Shown here piece after piece: positions 1-10,213 of a stretch of 64,000 nt of DNA; positions within the stretch are counted from its first letter, which is position 1, and each line of letters begins with the position of its first letter. Where the stretch lies: positions 42,217 to 106,216 of the forward strand of contig CACEZB010000001.1 of assembly GCA_902563835.1 (NCBI GenBank), in the 5' to 3' direction. The notes under the pieces are model-generated. The model saw only the letters and a program-made list of their open reading frames with translations. It did not search any database and was not told where the DNA came from. This stretch comes from an uncultured SAR86 cluster bacterium. GTDB taxonomy: Bacteria; Pseudomonadota; Gammaproteobacteria; Magnimaribacterales; D2472. The position numbers and the translations under genes were made by a program.

Positions 1-221
1 TTGAAAATGTTATTAAAAAAGAAGCTAAATATAGAAATACTTCAACTGAAAAAATTAGGTCTGCTTATTTAAAACAAACCTCTCTAAAAACATTTATCGA
101 TGTCGAAGAAGTTATTGGAATGTTAGTATATTTAATATCGCCTTTAGCTAAAAAAATTACAGGGCAAATGTTGGTCATAGATGGAAATACTGAGAGTCTA
201 TCTATTAAAGGTATAGATTAA
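1..221 (+). CDS. short-chain dehydrogenase/reductase (SDR), C-terminal fragment entering from upstream of the window
   Basis: Frame open from the window edge to TAA at 219-221. The translation ends ...SPLAKKITGQMLVIDGNTESL, an SDR-type C-terminal signature. Confidence 0.6.
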   Translation, partial: ENVIKKEAKYRNTSTEKIRSAYLKQTSLKTFIDVEEVIGMLVYLISPLAKKITGQMLVIDGNTESLSIKGID

Positions 222-223
222 TA

Positions 224-1204
224 ATGAAAGCGGCATGGTATACAAAAACTGGAAAAGCAGCAGATGTTCTTCAGGTTGGAGAGTTAGATAATCCTATACC
301 AGTTGCAGGAGAGGTATTAGTCAAGATTAAAGCATCAGGTATAAATCCATCTGATGTGAAAACGCGAGCTGGAGCAAGGGGCGAACTTCAATTTCCAAAA
401 ATAATACCTCATTCTGATGGTAGTGGAGAAATTATAGATGTTGGTGAGGGGGTGAATAAAAACAGAATTGGCGAAAGAGTATGGATATGGAACGGAGCGT
501 TTGGAAGGGCTTATGGTACCTGCGCAGAATTAATTGCATTGCCTGAACTTCAAGCAGTAAAAATAAATAATGAAGTTTCATACGATTCAGCTGCATGTAT
601 GGGTATTCCAGCATCTACTGCGTATTACGGAATATTAGCAAATGGATCTGTTAAAAATAAAACATTGTTAATTTCTGGTGGTGCTGGTGCTGTAGGTTTT
701 TATGGAATCCAGATAGCTAAATTAGCTGGTGCTAATGTAATCACTACCATAAGCAATGATGAGAAAGCAAAAATAGCAAACAATGCCGGAGCAGACAAAG
801 TTATTAACTATAAAAATCAAAATGTTTTCGAAGAGGTAATGGAATATACCAATAGTAATGGTGTCGATAGAATTTTTGAAGTCGAGTTTGGGGGAAACTT
901 GCCACTTAATGAAAAAATTATAAAACCAAATGGTGTGATTGCTACATATGGGTCAATGGCAAAAATGGAACCAAAATTACCCTTTTATAATTTAATGTTT
1001 AAGGGAATAAAAATAGATACTTTTCTTATATATTCTATTGAAAATAAATTTAGAGAAGAAATATTAACTGGGCTTTCAGAATTACTAAACCAAAACTCTT
1101 TAAAACATATGATCTCTAAAACCTATTCGATTGACAAAATTATCGATGCTCATGAGGCTATGGAAAGTGGATCTATTATTGGAAATATAGTGATAGAAGT
1201 TTAA
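224..1204 (+). CDS. NADPH:quinone oxidoreductase / zinc-type alcohol dehydrogenase superfamily (MDR) protein
   Basis: 326-aa ORF. The N-terminus has a GroES-like fold pattern (VLVKIKASGINPSDVKTRAG) and a GGAGAVG nucleotide-binding loop. Confidence 0.8.
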   Translation: MKAAWYTKTGKAADVLQVGELDNPIPVAGEVLVKIKASGINPSDVKTRAGARGELQFPKIIPHSDGSGEIIDVGEGVNKNRIGERVWIWNGAFGRAYGTCAELIALPELQAVKINNEVSYDSAACMGIPASTAYYGILANGSVKNKTLLISGGAGAVGFYGIQIAKLAGANVITTISNDEKAKIANNAGADKVINYKNQNVFEEVMEYTNSNGVDRIFEVEFGGNLPLNEKIIKPNGVIATYGSMAKMEPKLPFYNLMFKGIKIDTFLIYSIENKFREEILTGLSELLNQNSLKHMISKTYSIDKIIDAHEAMESGSIIGNIVIEV

Positions 1205-1223
1205 TGAGTTTTTCTAAATAAAT

Positions 1224-1592
1224 ATGCTTATCTTATTATCATCTTTATATTTTGTTTACGGTTTCATCCTTTTTTATACATATTTAAAAGGTTATAGCCT
1301 TTTAAGATACTTGCTAAAAAGAAAAAATATAAATGCACTTCTATCTATAGAATTTTTATTTATCATAATTAGCTCTTTAATTGTTTTTACAAGCCAGCCA
1401 TTAAATTGGGTTGTCGCTCTAGTGATGTTTTCTCATTTAATTGGAGTAATTTGGATAATTACTAACCCTGATGGTTATTATAGAATGGCTGAAGAAAGTC
1501 AAATAGACATTGATTCGCTTGAAACAGCCTCAGCAATGATAGTCTTTGCTTATGGAATCTTTGTTTACTTTTCGTATATCTTTTTAAACTAA
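1224..1592 (+). CDS. hypothetical multi-pass membrane protein
   Basis: 122-aa ORF with about 4 hydrophobic segments. No family recognised. Confidence 0.45.
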   Translation: MLILLSSLYFVYGFILFYTYLKGYSLLRYLLKRKNINALLSIEFLFIIISSLIVFTSQPLNWVVALVMFSHLIGVIWIITNPDGYYRMAEESQIDIDSLETASAMIVFAYGIFVYFSYIFLN

Positions 1593-1593
1593 T

Positions 1594-2469
1594 TTATATT
1601 AAATCTTTTATTCTTTTTAATAAACTTGAAGTATCTAATCTGCCGCCGCCTGCTTTTTGAATATCTTTATAATAATCATTTACAATCTTTGTTATATCTA
1701 TAGGGATATTATTTGTTTTAGCTTTTTTTAAAACAATATCAAGGTCTTTTCTCATTAAATCTACTGCAAATCCATGATCATATTCATCATTTATCATCGT
1801 CTTCCATCTATTTTCCATCTGCCAAGATTGAGCGGCACCTTTTGAGATGACTTCAATAACATCCTTCGTATTTAGTCCAACTTCATCTGAGAAATTAATA
1901 CCTTCTGCAAGAGCTTGAATTAAGCCTGCTATACAAATTTGATTAACCATTTTGGTTAGCTGGCCAGAGCCGCTCTCACCCATATATTTTATGAACTTTG
2001 AATAAGTGCCTATAATTTCTTTTATATCTTTATATGATTCCTTATTTCCACCAACCATCACGGACAATATGCCTGATTCTGCCCCCGCCTGACCTCCTGA
2101 TACTGGAGCATCTAAAAAACTTACCTTCTTTAAATTTAAAGATTCATTTAGCTCAATTGGCAATTCAGCCGAAGTTGTGGTGTGGTCAATTAATATTGTT
2201 CCAGGTTTTAGATAATTAATAATCCCATCATCTCCATTAATGATATTCTTAACATCATCATCATTCCCAACACATAAAATTATTACTTCTGCAGATTCTG
2301 CTAATTCAGAAAGTGATTCACATAAAGTGCCATTATGTTTTTTAATCCATTCTTGAGATTTTTTTAGGCTTCTGTTAAAAACTGATACTTTATGGCCTTT
2401 GGTTGCGAGATGCCCTGCCATAGAGAACCCCATTACTCCTAAACCAATAAAACCTATGGGTTTTTGCAT
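1594..2469 (-). CDS. NAD(P)-dependent beta-hydroxyacid dehydrogenase (3-hydroxyisobutyrate dehydrogenase family)
   Basis: N-terminal IGFIGLGVMG Rossmann motif. Length and internal motifs are typical of the HIBADH/6PGDH-NAD-binding family. Confidence 0.8.
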   Translation of the reverse strand: MQKPIGFIGLGVMGFSMAGHLATKGHKVSVFNRSLKKSQEWIKKHNGTLCESLSELAESAEVIILCVGNDDDVKNIINGDDGIINYLKPGTILIDHTTTSAELPIELNESLNLKKVSFLDAPVSGGQAGAESGILSVMVGGNKESYKDIKEIIGTYSKFIKYMGESGSGQLTKMVNQICIAGLIQALAEGINFSDEVGLNTKDVIEVISKGAAQSWQMENRWKTMINDEYDHGFAVDLMRKDLDIVLKKAKTNNIPIDITKIVNDYYKDIQKAGGGRLDTSSLLKRIKDLI

Positions 2470-2479
2470 ATAATAAGAT

Positions 2480-3451
2480 TTATTTTATCTTTGATTTAAA
2501 TTCCTCAAAGGCTAGTTCATACTCTGATTTTAATCTCCCAACAAGCTCTTCAACTGATGGCGAGTCTTCAATCAATCCAATTCCTTGACCTGAACCCCAA
2601 ATATCTTTCCAAGCCTTGGAGTCAGTATTTCCACCAGAACCAAAATTCATTGATGATTTATCTGCATCAGGTAAATTGTCGGGATCAAGACCAGCTTTTG
2701 AAATTGAAGGCTTTAAATAGTTTCCTAAGACACCTGTAAATAATGAAGAATATACTATGTCTGCTGCCGCACTTTCTTCAAGCATCTTTTTATATTCTGG
2801 TTCTGCATTAGCTTCATGAGTTGCAATAAACCTAGTTCCCATATAAGCAAAATCTGCGCCAAGTGCAATTGCAGAAGCAACAGAATGACCATCTCCGATT
2901 GAACCAGATAGAATAATAGTACCATCAAACCATTCTTTTACTTCCCTTAAAAGAGCAAAAGGAGATAAGGTGCCTGCATGCCCTCCGGCTCCTGCGCAAA
3001 CTAGTATTAATCCATCCACTCCTTGTTCTGCAGCTTTTTGCGCATGCCTAACGCTAATAACATCATGATAAACAAGTCCTCCATAACTATGAGCAGCCTC
3101 CACAACTTCTGAAGGAGGTCTCAAAGAAGTAATAATGATAGGAACCTCGTGTTTCACACAGGTTTCCATATCAGCCATCAATCTATCATTAGAGCCATGA
3201 CAAATTTGATTTACAGCAAATGGAGCTACTTTTGCATCAGGATTTTGCTCTTGATATTCTGCAAGCTCGGTTTTTATTCTAACAATCCATTCATCAAGAA
3301 CATGTTGAGGTCTTGCGTTTAATGCTGGAAAAGATCCTATAATTCCAGCCTTACATTGTGCAATAACTAAGTCTGGGCCTGAAACTAAAAAAAGAGGTGC
3401 GCCAATAACTGGCATCACTAATTTATCTTTTAACTGATTTGGTATAGACAT
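2480..3451 (-). CDS. nitronate monooxygenase (NMO / 2-nitropropane dioxygenase-like, FMN-dependent)
   Basis: 323 aa. Contains GAPLF..., GAGGHAG and other motifs typical of the NMO/FabK-like TIM-barrel family. Confidence 0.75.
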   Translation of the reverse strand: MSIPNQLKDKLVMPVIGAPLFLVSGPDLVIAQCKAGIIGSFPALNARPQHVLDEWIVRIKTELAEYQEQNPDAKVAPFAVNQICHGSNDRLMADMETCVKHEVPIIITSLRPPSEVVEAAHSYGGLVYHDVISVRHAQKAAEQGVDGLILVCAGAGGHAGTLSPFALLREVKEWFDGTIILSGSIGDGHSVASAIALGADFAYMGTRFIATHEANAEPEYKKMLEESAAADIVYSSLFTGVLGNYLKPSISKAGLDPDNLPDADKSSMNFGSGGNTDSKAWKDIWGSGQGIGLIEDSPSVEELVGRLKSEYELAFEEFKSKIK

Positions 3452-3464
3452 AATTTCTCCTTAA

Positions 3465-4733
3465 CTAATAATCTATCGTCATATATATCAAAGACTTCAG
3501 CCCCTCATCTAAAGCATCGTCATTGACAGTGAAATATGGTGAATGATTGCCGGCTTGTTCAAGTTTGCCTGGATCATTTACACCAAGGAATATATAAAGT
3601 CCTGGAATCTCCTGAGAAAAGTATGAAAAATCTTCGGCACCAGTCCTTCTGGTTATTTCAGCAAAGTTTCCATTGGTCGCTTCAATTAAGGACTGTTTCA
3701 TTCTCTCACCCAAGGGAATATTGTTATACGTAACTGGATAAAAACCGCCAACATCAAACTCAACCCTAACTGTTGCTCCTGTAGCAGTTTCAACTCCTTC
3801 AGCAATTTTTAATATGTCATTATAAATTTCTTTTCTCAATTCTGGGTCAAAAGTTCTGATGGTGCCCATCATTGTAGCTTCTTCTGGAATAATATTATTT
3901 CTTGTTCCTGCTTCGATCATACCAACGGAGACCACAGCAGGATTACCAACAATATTAACTCTCCTGCTAACTATAGTATTGATTTGATTAATAAATTGAC
4001 TTGAGGCCATGATGGGATCAATTCCTTCCCAAGGTCTTGAACCATGAGATTGAACGCCCTTAATTGTTACTCTCCATGCCGATGCTGCTGCCATTGCTGG
4101 ACCTGGTGCAAATCCAACATAACCATGCGGTGCATTTGAGACATGGAGGCCAAATATCACTTCAGGATTATATCTTTCAAAAATTCCTTCCTCTAACATC
4201 ATTTTTGCACCACCATTCTCTCCTTCCGGAGGACCTTCTTCTGCAGGCTGAAAAATGAACATAATGCTTCCTTTGAGTTGATCTTTGTTTTTAGAGAAAA
4301 ATTCAGCTACTCCCATTAAAATTGCAACATGAGCATCATGACCACATGCATGCATAACACCAACTTCATTACCCATATACGTTGTCTTAACTTTTGAAGC
4401 ATATGGTAAGCCAGTTTTTTCAACCATAGGTAATGCATCCATATCGGCTCTTATGGCAATAGTTGGGCCAGGCAGATCACCAGTTAGCAATCCTACAACT
4501 CCGGTATGTGCAATACCAGTTTCAACATCCATTCCTAATGAAGTTAAATGATCAGCAACTTTTTTTGCTGTTCTAAATTCTCTATTACCTAATTCAGGAT
4601 TTTCATGTATATCATGTCGCCACTCTATAACTTTTTCCATTAAAGAATCTATTTCTTTATCTAATGAATTTTTTAAATCAGCGCTTAATGGAAAAACAAA
4701 AATTAAAGTAATAAATAAAACTGTCTTTCTCAT
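3465..4733 (-). CDS. M20D-family amidohydrolase (N-acyl-amino-acid/hippurate hydrolase-like), secreted
   Basis: N-terminal signal peptide. Contains the HACGHDAH metal-binding motif and has M20 peptidase length. Confidence 0.8.
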   Translation of the reverse strand: MRKTVLFITLIFVFPLSADLKNSLDKEIDSLMEKVIEWRHDIHENPELGNREFRTAKKVADHLTSLGMDVETGIAHTGVVGLLTGDLPGPTIAIRADMDALPMVEKTGLPYASKVKTTYMGNEVGVMHACGHDAHVAILMGVAEFFSKNKDQLKGSIMFIFQPAEEGPPEGENGGAKMMLEEGIFERYNPEVIFGLHVSNAPHGYVGFAPGPAMAAASAWRVTIKGVQSHGSRPWEGIDPIMASSQFINQINTIVSRRVNIVGNPAVVSVGMIEAGTRNNIIPEEATMMGTIRTFDPELRKEIYNDILKIAEGVETATGATVRVEFDVGGFYPVTYNNIPLGERMKQSLIEATNGNFAEITRRTGAEDFSYFSQEIPGLYIFLGVNDPGKLEQAGNHSPYFTVNDDALDEGLKSLIYMTIDY

Positions 4734-4739
4734 TTTTAT

Positions 4740-4931
4740 TTATATATTACAACTCATATCTTCGCCACAACAAAGTGGTGATTTAATTTTCCCACACCCC
4801 TCCGGACACTCTGCTATTTGAACACTAGAACCATCTTCAAGCTCTAAAGATCCATTTACTAAGTCTGTATCACAATTTCCGCAGCTAGTATTAACTGACA
4901 TGCCACAAGAATTACATTCATATTTAGCCAT
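4740..4931 (-). CDS. small Cys-rich (putative metal-binding / zinc-ribbon-like) protein
   Basis: Internal ATG at 4931 gives 63 aa: MAKYECNSCGM...CGNCD...CPEGCG...CCGEDMSC, with 9 Cys including CxxC x2. Its start lies 2 nt after the stop of the upstream gene. The longer 93-aa track ORF would overlap that gene. Confidence 0.5.
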   Translation of the reverse strand: MAKYECNSCGMSVNTSCGNCDTDLVNGSLELEDGSSVQIAECPEGCGKIKSPLCCGEDMSCNI

Positions 4932-4933
4932 TT

Positions 4934-5809
4934 TTAATCTCCCATTGCTTCTAAAATATCTAGCAATAGATTTATGATATCTAAATATAAAATAAATGCC
5001 ATTCTCATGGCTGTTCCCCAATCATTTGAGCCTAATTCTTGCATTCTTATAAGGTTAAAATCATAAAGTAAAAATAATGAGAATAGCAATGATCCAAAAA
5101 TTGCAGCTGCTCTTATTGTATTTCGACTAAAATCTTTAACAAAACGTGCAAAATGAAAAACTATTAAGCCAAATAAAGATAGGCTAAGCGTTGCCCCAAA
5201 AATGTCATTTTGAGAAAAAGAATAAAAATCGCCATATCCTATAAAACCAGTAAGAAGTGTAACAAAAAATACAATTTTTAAAGCTGTAAATCCATCATTT
5301 TCATCCATTTCTAGCATTATGATAGCTAATAAGGGGCCAAAACTTGCGCTACATAAAGTAAATATCGTCATTCCAATCCATATATTTGAGCTAAAAAAAT
5401 TTACTAACACTAAAGTGATCCATAAAGCGATCATGTTGAAAAAGAATAAGCTAACAACCTTCCAAGCGCCTTCTGTTTCATGGGAATAGCCCTCTTTAAG
5501 AAGTTTAATTACTTCGTCTTGATCTTTTACTTCTTTAATAAGAGTTGGGTTATTTTTTTCATACAATACCATTTTCTTTGGGAAGGTATCTTTTGGTTTT
5601 AGATATGGAATAAGATCTAACTTTCCTTTTAAATTAACTGAGCCTTTAAAAGAAATTCCAAATAAAGTTGTATTATTTTCATATGCTTCTTTTGCTTTGA
5701 AGAGGAAATAAGAACATGTTGCTAAAATTATAATTATCTGGCCAGATAAGATAAATAAAGTCTTAAAAAGTAATGTTGTTTCTATAAACATTTGCAAACA
5801 ATACCACAA
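4934..5809 (-). CDS. Bax-inhibitor-1/YccA-family-like membrane protein with extended N-terminal region
   Basis: Multi-TM ORF. The C-terminus ...AFILYLDIINLLLDILEAMG resembles the BI-1/YccA signature. The exact start is uncertain. Confidence 0.55.
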   Translation of the reverse strand: MWYCLQMFIETTLLFKTLFILSGQIIIILATCSYFLFKAKEAYENNTTLFGISFKGSVNLKGKLDLIPYLKPKDTFPKKMVLYEKNNPTLIKEVKDQDEVIKLLKEGYSHETEGAWKVVSLFFFNMIALWITLVLVNFFSSNIWIGMTIFTLCSASFGPLLAIIMLEMDENDGFTALKIVFFVTLLTGFIGYGDFYSFSQNDIFGATLSLSLFGLIVFHFARFVKDFSRNTIRAAAIFGSLLFSLFLLYDFNLIRMQELGSNDWGTAMRMAFILYLDIINLLLDILEAMGD

Positions 5810-5830
5810 TATGTGTTTTTTTAATTTATA

Positions 5831-6334
5831 TTATTTCTTGAAATAAGCTACTGAACCTGTTCCTGAATCATAATTTCCTATCTCCTTAAAACCAAAGTTA
5901 ATATGAAAATCGATTGAAACTTTATTTAATGGCTTGGTATTAACTTCGCAACATAATGGTATGTTCTTTTCCATTGCTATTGATTCTATATATTGATATA
6001 AATTTAACCCTATTCCTTTTCGTCTATAAGCATCTTTTATTACAACTCTATCAATATATAAAAATTTGCTTTCATTTTTTGAGAAAAATTTATAATTTAA
6101 TGAACTATATGACGACCCCTCTCTAAAGCAGACAATAAAGCCAACAATTTCATTACCCAATAAAACAAAAAGATTTTTTGAAGATATGGTTAATAAATTC
6201 TTAAAGTACTCTATTGAATCTAAGCTTCCTACTTCAGGTGTATTTAATTGATTTAGATCATAAATAGAATTTAAAAAGTCATCTTCTGGTTCTTTAGGAA
6301 ATTCTTCTATATTGAACTTAAGATCTGATTTCAC
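5831..6334 (-). CDS. GNAT-family N-acetyltransferase
   Basis: 167 aa with an acetyl-CoA-binding-type motif (RRKGIGLNLYQYIE). Confidence 0.7.
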   Translation of the reverse strand: MKSDLKFNIEEFPKEPEDDFLNSIYDLNQLNTPEVGSLDSIEYFKNLLTISSKNLFVLLGNEIVGFIVCFREGSSYSSLNYKFFSKNESKFLYIDRVVIKDAYRRKGIGLNLYQYIESIAMEKNIPLCCEVNTKPLNKVSIDFHINFGFKEIGNYDSGTGSVAYFKK

Positions 6335-6343
6335 AAATAAGAA

Positions 6344-7036
6344 TTATTTTCCTAACTGAGCTTCTTCAATAGCATCATTTATTTTTTTCATAGGCTCTGC
6401 AATTAACAGCTCTTTTGTTATAGAGTAGCTCGGGTGGCCCATGGTAGAAAGATATTTAGCCTTCTCCATGGCTGCATCAGCTAGAGAATCCTCATCGACA
6501 ATATCATCAATAATTCCTGCCTCTTGAGCGCCTTCCATGCTAAACATTTCAGCACCTAAAATTGATCTATATTTATATGCTTGGCTAACCCTAAACTTTA
6601 TAAGTTCTAATATTGGAATTGGTATTACCATATTGGTTATCATCTCGTTGGCGCCAATCTTATATTCACCTTTGACTCCAATCCTATAATCACAACAACA
6701 CAGCAAAAATGTTCCAAGCGCAATTCCGTGGCCTGAGCAGGCAGCTATAACAGGTCTTGGAAAAGAAAAAAGTCTAGCTAATAATAAAAATGCCTTCTCA
6801 GACATATCTTTGATTAATTCCATGTCTCCTGACTGAATTGTTTTCAGATCTAACCCACCTGAAAATATCCCCTGCCTACCAGAGATAATTAAAGCGCCTT
6901 CCTCGATTGGAACTTCATCTAAGCAATCATTTACTTGAGAGCTCATTTCGGCTGAAAAGACATTTGCCTTTCCATCATCTAGGGTAATAATCGATATATT
7001 TCCATCTTTTTTTAGAGTAGCTATTTTTTCTGACAT
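6344..7036 (-). CDS. enoyl-CoA hydratase/isomerase (crotonase) family protein
   Basis: 230 aa. Contains FSGGLDLK and ACSGHGIALG oxyanion-hole-type motifs. Confidence 0.75.
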   Translation of the reverse strand: MSEKIATLKKDGNISIITLDDGKANVFSAEMSSQVNDCLDEVPIEEGALIISGRQGIFSGGLDLKTIQSGDMELIKDMSEKAFLLLARLFSFPRPVIAACSGHGIALGTFLLCCCDYRIGVKGEYKIGANEMITNMVIPIPILELIKFRVSQAYKYRSILGAEMFSMEGAQEAGIIDDIVDEDSLADAAMEKAKYLSTMGHPSYSITKELLIAEPMKKINDAIEEAQLGK

Positions 7037-7070
7037 AATATAAATAATTGTTTAGAGAGGAAATTTTATC

Positions 7071-8897
7071 ATGATAAAAAAAATACTTAAGTACTCATTA
7101 AGATTTTTAGCAATTGTTATTGGTGTTATATCTTTATATTTAGTCAATCTATTTTTAATGAAGCCCGTCTCAATAGATCACTACTTGGGAAAAGAATTAA
7201 TTTTAGGTCTTGTGGACTCACCTGAGGCATTAACTTATATAGGAATATTTGACAGATATAATTGGATAACAAAACATAATTCTAGGCTTTCTATTCCAGA
7301 AGAGGATGATTTAGAAAATGATATTAAGGAAATAGAAAAAGGAATTAAGACTCTTTATAAATATAAAGATTCGGGCTTGTCAGATATCCAGAGAAATACT
7401 AAAGAAATTGCTATATTTGATTGGGAAAACAATCTAGAGGCACTTAAAAAGTACCCCTACCATGACTATCCGCTAAATCAAATCGGTGGAACACATCTTA
7501 ATACAATAGAGTTTATGAATAGCATGCATCCTGTTAGAAAATATTCTGAAGCAAAAGATTTTATTAGTAGAGTTGATTTAATTAAAGATGTTTATGAAGG
7601 GACATTAAAAGATCTTGAGAAACAAGCAGCTATAGGCATTTTCCCTCCAGAATTTGTATTTGATCATGTCATAACTCAACTTAATGAATTTATTAATTAT
7701 TCGCATTCTGAACATCCTTTATACACTGAGTTTATGAAGAAAGTTAAAGAATTAGATTTAAGCGTTGAAGAAGAAAGTTATCTTGAAAGTGAAATTAAAA
7801 GAGCAATAGATGAGAGTGTGACCCCAGGTTTTATGCTTCTCAATGAATTTATGCTTAAGACGCAAAAATATGCAAACAAAAATCATGGTATATGGTCCCA
7901 ACCAGATGGCGATGAATACTACAAACTTCGAATTAGATCTTATACCACTACAGATTATTCACCTGAAAAAATACATCAGATGGGTCTAAGTGAAGTAGCT
8001 AGAATCTCGAAAAGGATGAGGGATATTTTAACAACATTGGGTTATGACGAAAACAAAACAACTGGTGAGCTTATGAATGAGCTTAATGAAAATCCTGATT
8101 TTTTATATGCCGATACATCTGATAGAAAAGAAATAGTTGTTAATGATTATATGGAAATGGTCAATGAAGCTATAGAAGTTATGACTGATTACTTTCATAC
8201 GATGCCAAAATCAGAGGTTGTAGTCAAAGCTGTTCCAGAATATTCTGAAGCCACTCAAGCTGGAGGATATTATCAAGCGCCCGCACTGGATGGAAGTAGA
8301 CCAGGAGTGTTCTATGCAAATCTTTATGATATAAAACAAACGCCAACTTATAGTATGAGAACCTTGGCATATCATGAAGCAACCCCAGGCCATCATCATC
8401 AAATAGCACATTCATTAGAAAATGAGGATCTGACTTTATATAGAAGATTTGGTTATGGTACATCTGCTTTCTCAGAAGGGTGGGCTTTATATGCTGAAAG
8501 ACTAGCGCTTGAGGTTGGTCTAGCTGAAAACCCTTATGATGAGCTTGGAATTCTCCAAAGTGAACTGTTTAGATCTGTTAGATTAGTGGTGGATACTGGG
8601 ATGCACTATAAAAGATGGACTCGAGAAGAAGCAATGGATTATATGAAATCAATTACGGGGATGTCAGATACTGAGGTCAGAGTTGAGATCGAAAGATATA
8701 TTGTTTGGCCAGGACAAGCATTAAGTTATAAAGTTGGGATGATAAAGATGTTAGAACTTAGAGAAAAAGCAAAGCAGGAATTAGGTGATCAATTTAACAT
8801 TAAAGATTTTCATTCTGCTGTCTTAGATCATGGAAATCCACCATTATTTATCGTTGAAAAAATGATAGATAAAATGATAAGCGATGCTAAGAGTTAA
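7071..8897 (+). CDS. DUF885-family protein (metallopeptidase-like HExxH-variant)
   Basis: 608 aa with an N-terminal TM/signal segment and the HEATPGHHHQ motif characteristic of DUF885. Confidence 0.7.
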   Translation: MIKKILKYSLRFLAIVIGVISLYLVNLFLMKPVSIDHYLGKELILGLVDSPEALTYIGIFDRYNWITKHNSRLSIPEEDDLENDIKEIEKGIKTLYKYKDSGLSDIQRNTKEIAIFDWENNLEALKKYPYHDYPLNQIGGTHLNTIEFMNSMHPVRKYSEAKDFISRVDLIKDVYEGTLKDLEKQAAIGIFPPEFVFDHVITQLNEFINYSHSEHPLYTEFMKKVKELDLSVEEESYLESEIKRAIDESVTPGFMLLNEFMLKTQKYANKNHGIWSQPDGDEYYKLRIRSYTTTDYSPEKIHQMGLSEVARISKRMRDILTTLGYDENKTTGELMNELNENPDFLYADTSDRKEIVVNDYMEMVNEAIEVMTDYFHTMPKSEVVVKAVPEYSEATQAGGYYQAPALDGSRPGVFYANLYDIKQTPTYSMRTLAYHEATPGHHHQIAHSLENEDLTLYRRFGYGTSAFSEGWALYAERLALEVGLAENPYDELGILQSELFRSVRLVVDTGMHYKRWTREEAMDYMKSITGMSDTEVRVEIERYIVWPGQALSYKVGMIKMLELREKAKQELGDQFNIKDFHSAVLDHGNPPLFIVEKMIDKMISDAKS

Positions 8898-9499
8898 AAG
8901 TTTTCAGGGTGTCTGGGTGTAAAAGAGCGAAAATAATCTTTTAAGTCTTTTAAGTCTTTCTCTCTCTTACCGCTTAGCTTAAAGAATTCTCCAAGGAATA
9001 TTTCCTTCTTTGCAAAATCTATAGAAACTGGAATAATTTTTGCATTTATTTCTTCTGCAATCCTTAGGAACCCTGTTTTCCATTCTGCAACCTTTGATCG
9101 GGTTCCTTCTGGAGCCATTCCAATTAATGAGATCTCTATATTCTTAATTTTTTTAATTGCGTCTGCTATTGCTCCACCTGGGTTTGCTCTATTTACAGGA
9201 ATACCGCCCATATATTTTAAAAAAGCCCCTAAGCCAAAATATCGAAATATTGTATGCTTTCCAAAGAAAGAAATTCTTGCATCTAGTCCTGCTAAAGCCG
9301 CCATTCCAAGAATGCCATCCCAGTTTGATGTATGCGGGGCCACAACTATAACTATCTTTTGATTCTTATGCTCTTCTTTAATTTTACCAGTTACTTTCCA
9401 ACCCAATGATGATAGAACAAATCTCCCAAGCCATTGAACTGACTTAGGTCTATTTGCCCTAAAACTTTTTGATATTTGTGAATTTGAAACGCTTGTCAT
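8894..9499 (-). CDS. lysophospholipid (1-acyl-glycerol-3-phosphate-type) acyltransferase family protein
   Basis: HTSNWD (HX4D) and APEGTRS motifs. Confidence 0.7.
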   Translation of the reverse strand: MTSVSNSQISKSFRANRPKSVQWLGRFVLSSLGWKVTGKIKEEHKNQKIVIVVAPHTSNWDGILGMAALAGLDARISFFGKHTIFRYFGLGAFLKYMGGIPVNRANPGGAIADAIKKIKNIEISLIGMAPEGTRSKVAEWKTGFLRIAEEINAKIIPVSIDFAKKEIFLGEFFKLSGKREKDLKDLKDYFRSFTPRHPENF

Positions 9500-9506
9500 A
9501 CTAATG

Positions 9507-10196
9507 TCATCTTGAATTCATTTTATCTTTTATAAAATAAGGTAAATATATTAAATAGCATACGATAACTGCAAGTAAATATATATCAATCATATGATAT
9601 GGGGCTTCACGCATCCATTCTGTTACGTTAAATCCTGGCGGTTTTTCAAACACATACCAGTAATTCGCAGGAGGTCCTAATAGATAATTTATCGGATACA
9701 TCAGAAGCAACAAAATTGATAGAAATATTAATATTCTATGAACATCTTTTAATTGAGGTCTTTGATCCTCAACAATCATTGCATATGTAACGCCCAATAA
9801 GATCATAGAGTGTCCTATCATGTGTCTTAAATAATCAATATGTGGGAATGAATATAGAACATCTGGGGTTAGTATAGCCATTCCAGCTCCAGATATGCCT
9901 GCAAAATAAGCAAACAAAAAGAACTCCCTTTTTTTTGTTATAAAATAAAGAATTATAGATGCAGAAGAAAAATCACAAAGATGCAGCGGCAAGCCTAGCT
10001 TCCAGTCATCCATAATACCTTCTCTATAAAAATCCATACCTTGATTAATTAGAATTAATGAAATGATTATCATTATTAAAACTTGTTTCGGAGCATCATT
10101 TTTATTAACAAAAAATCTAGGTAAAAAAACAATAATAAAAATGCATAACAAGGTAATTAAGATATGAGATGGACTCGAAAGGTTAAAATCTATCAT
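9507..10196 (-). CDS. hypothetical multi-pass membrane protein
   Basis: 229 aa with about 7 hydrophobic segments. Family not confidently recognised. Confidence 0.5.
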   Translation of the reverse strand: MIDFNLSSPSHILITLLCIFIIVFLPRFFVNKNDAPKQVLIMIIISLILINQGMDFYREGIMDDWKLGLPLHLCDFSSASIILYFITKKREFFLFAYFAGISGAGMAILTPDVLYSFPHIDYLRHMIGHSMILLGVTYAMIVEDQRPQLKDVHRILIFLSILLLLMYPINYLLGPPANYWYVFEKPPGFNVTEWMREAPYHMIDIYLLAVIVCYLIYLPYFIKDKMNSR

Positions 10197-10213
10197 TGTT
10201 AAATAAAAAAAGT

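Noticed and set aside
4932-5021. N-terminal 30-aa extension of the Cys-rich ORF (track ORF 4740-5021)
   Set aside because: The extension would overlap the 3' end of the BI-1-like gene by 88 nt. An internal ATG at 4931 sits 2 nt after that gene's stop codon, which is the more economical model.
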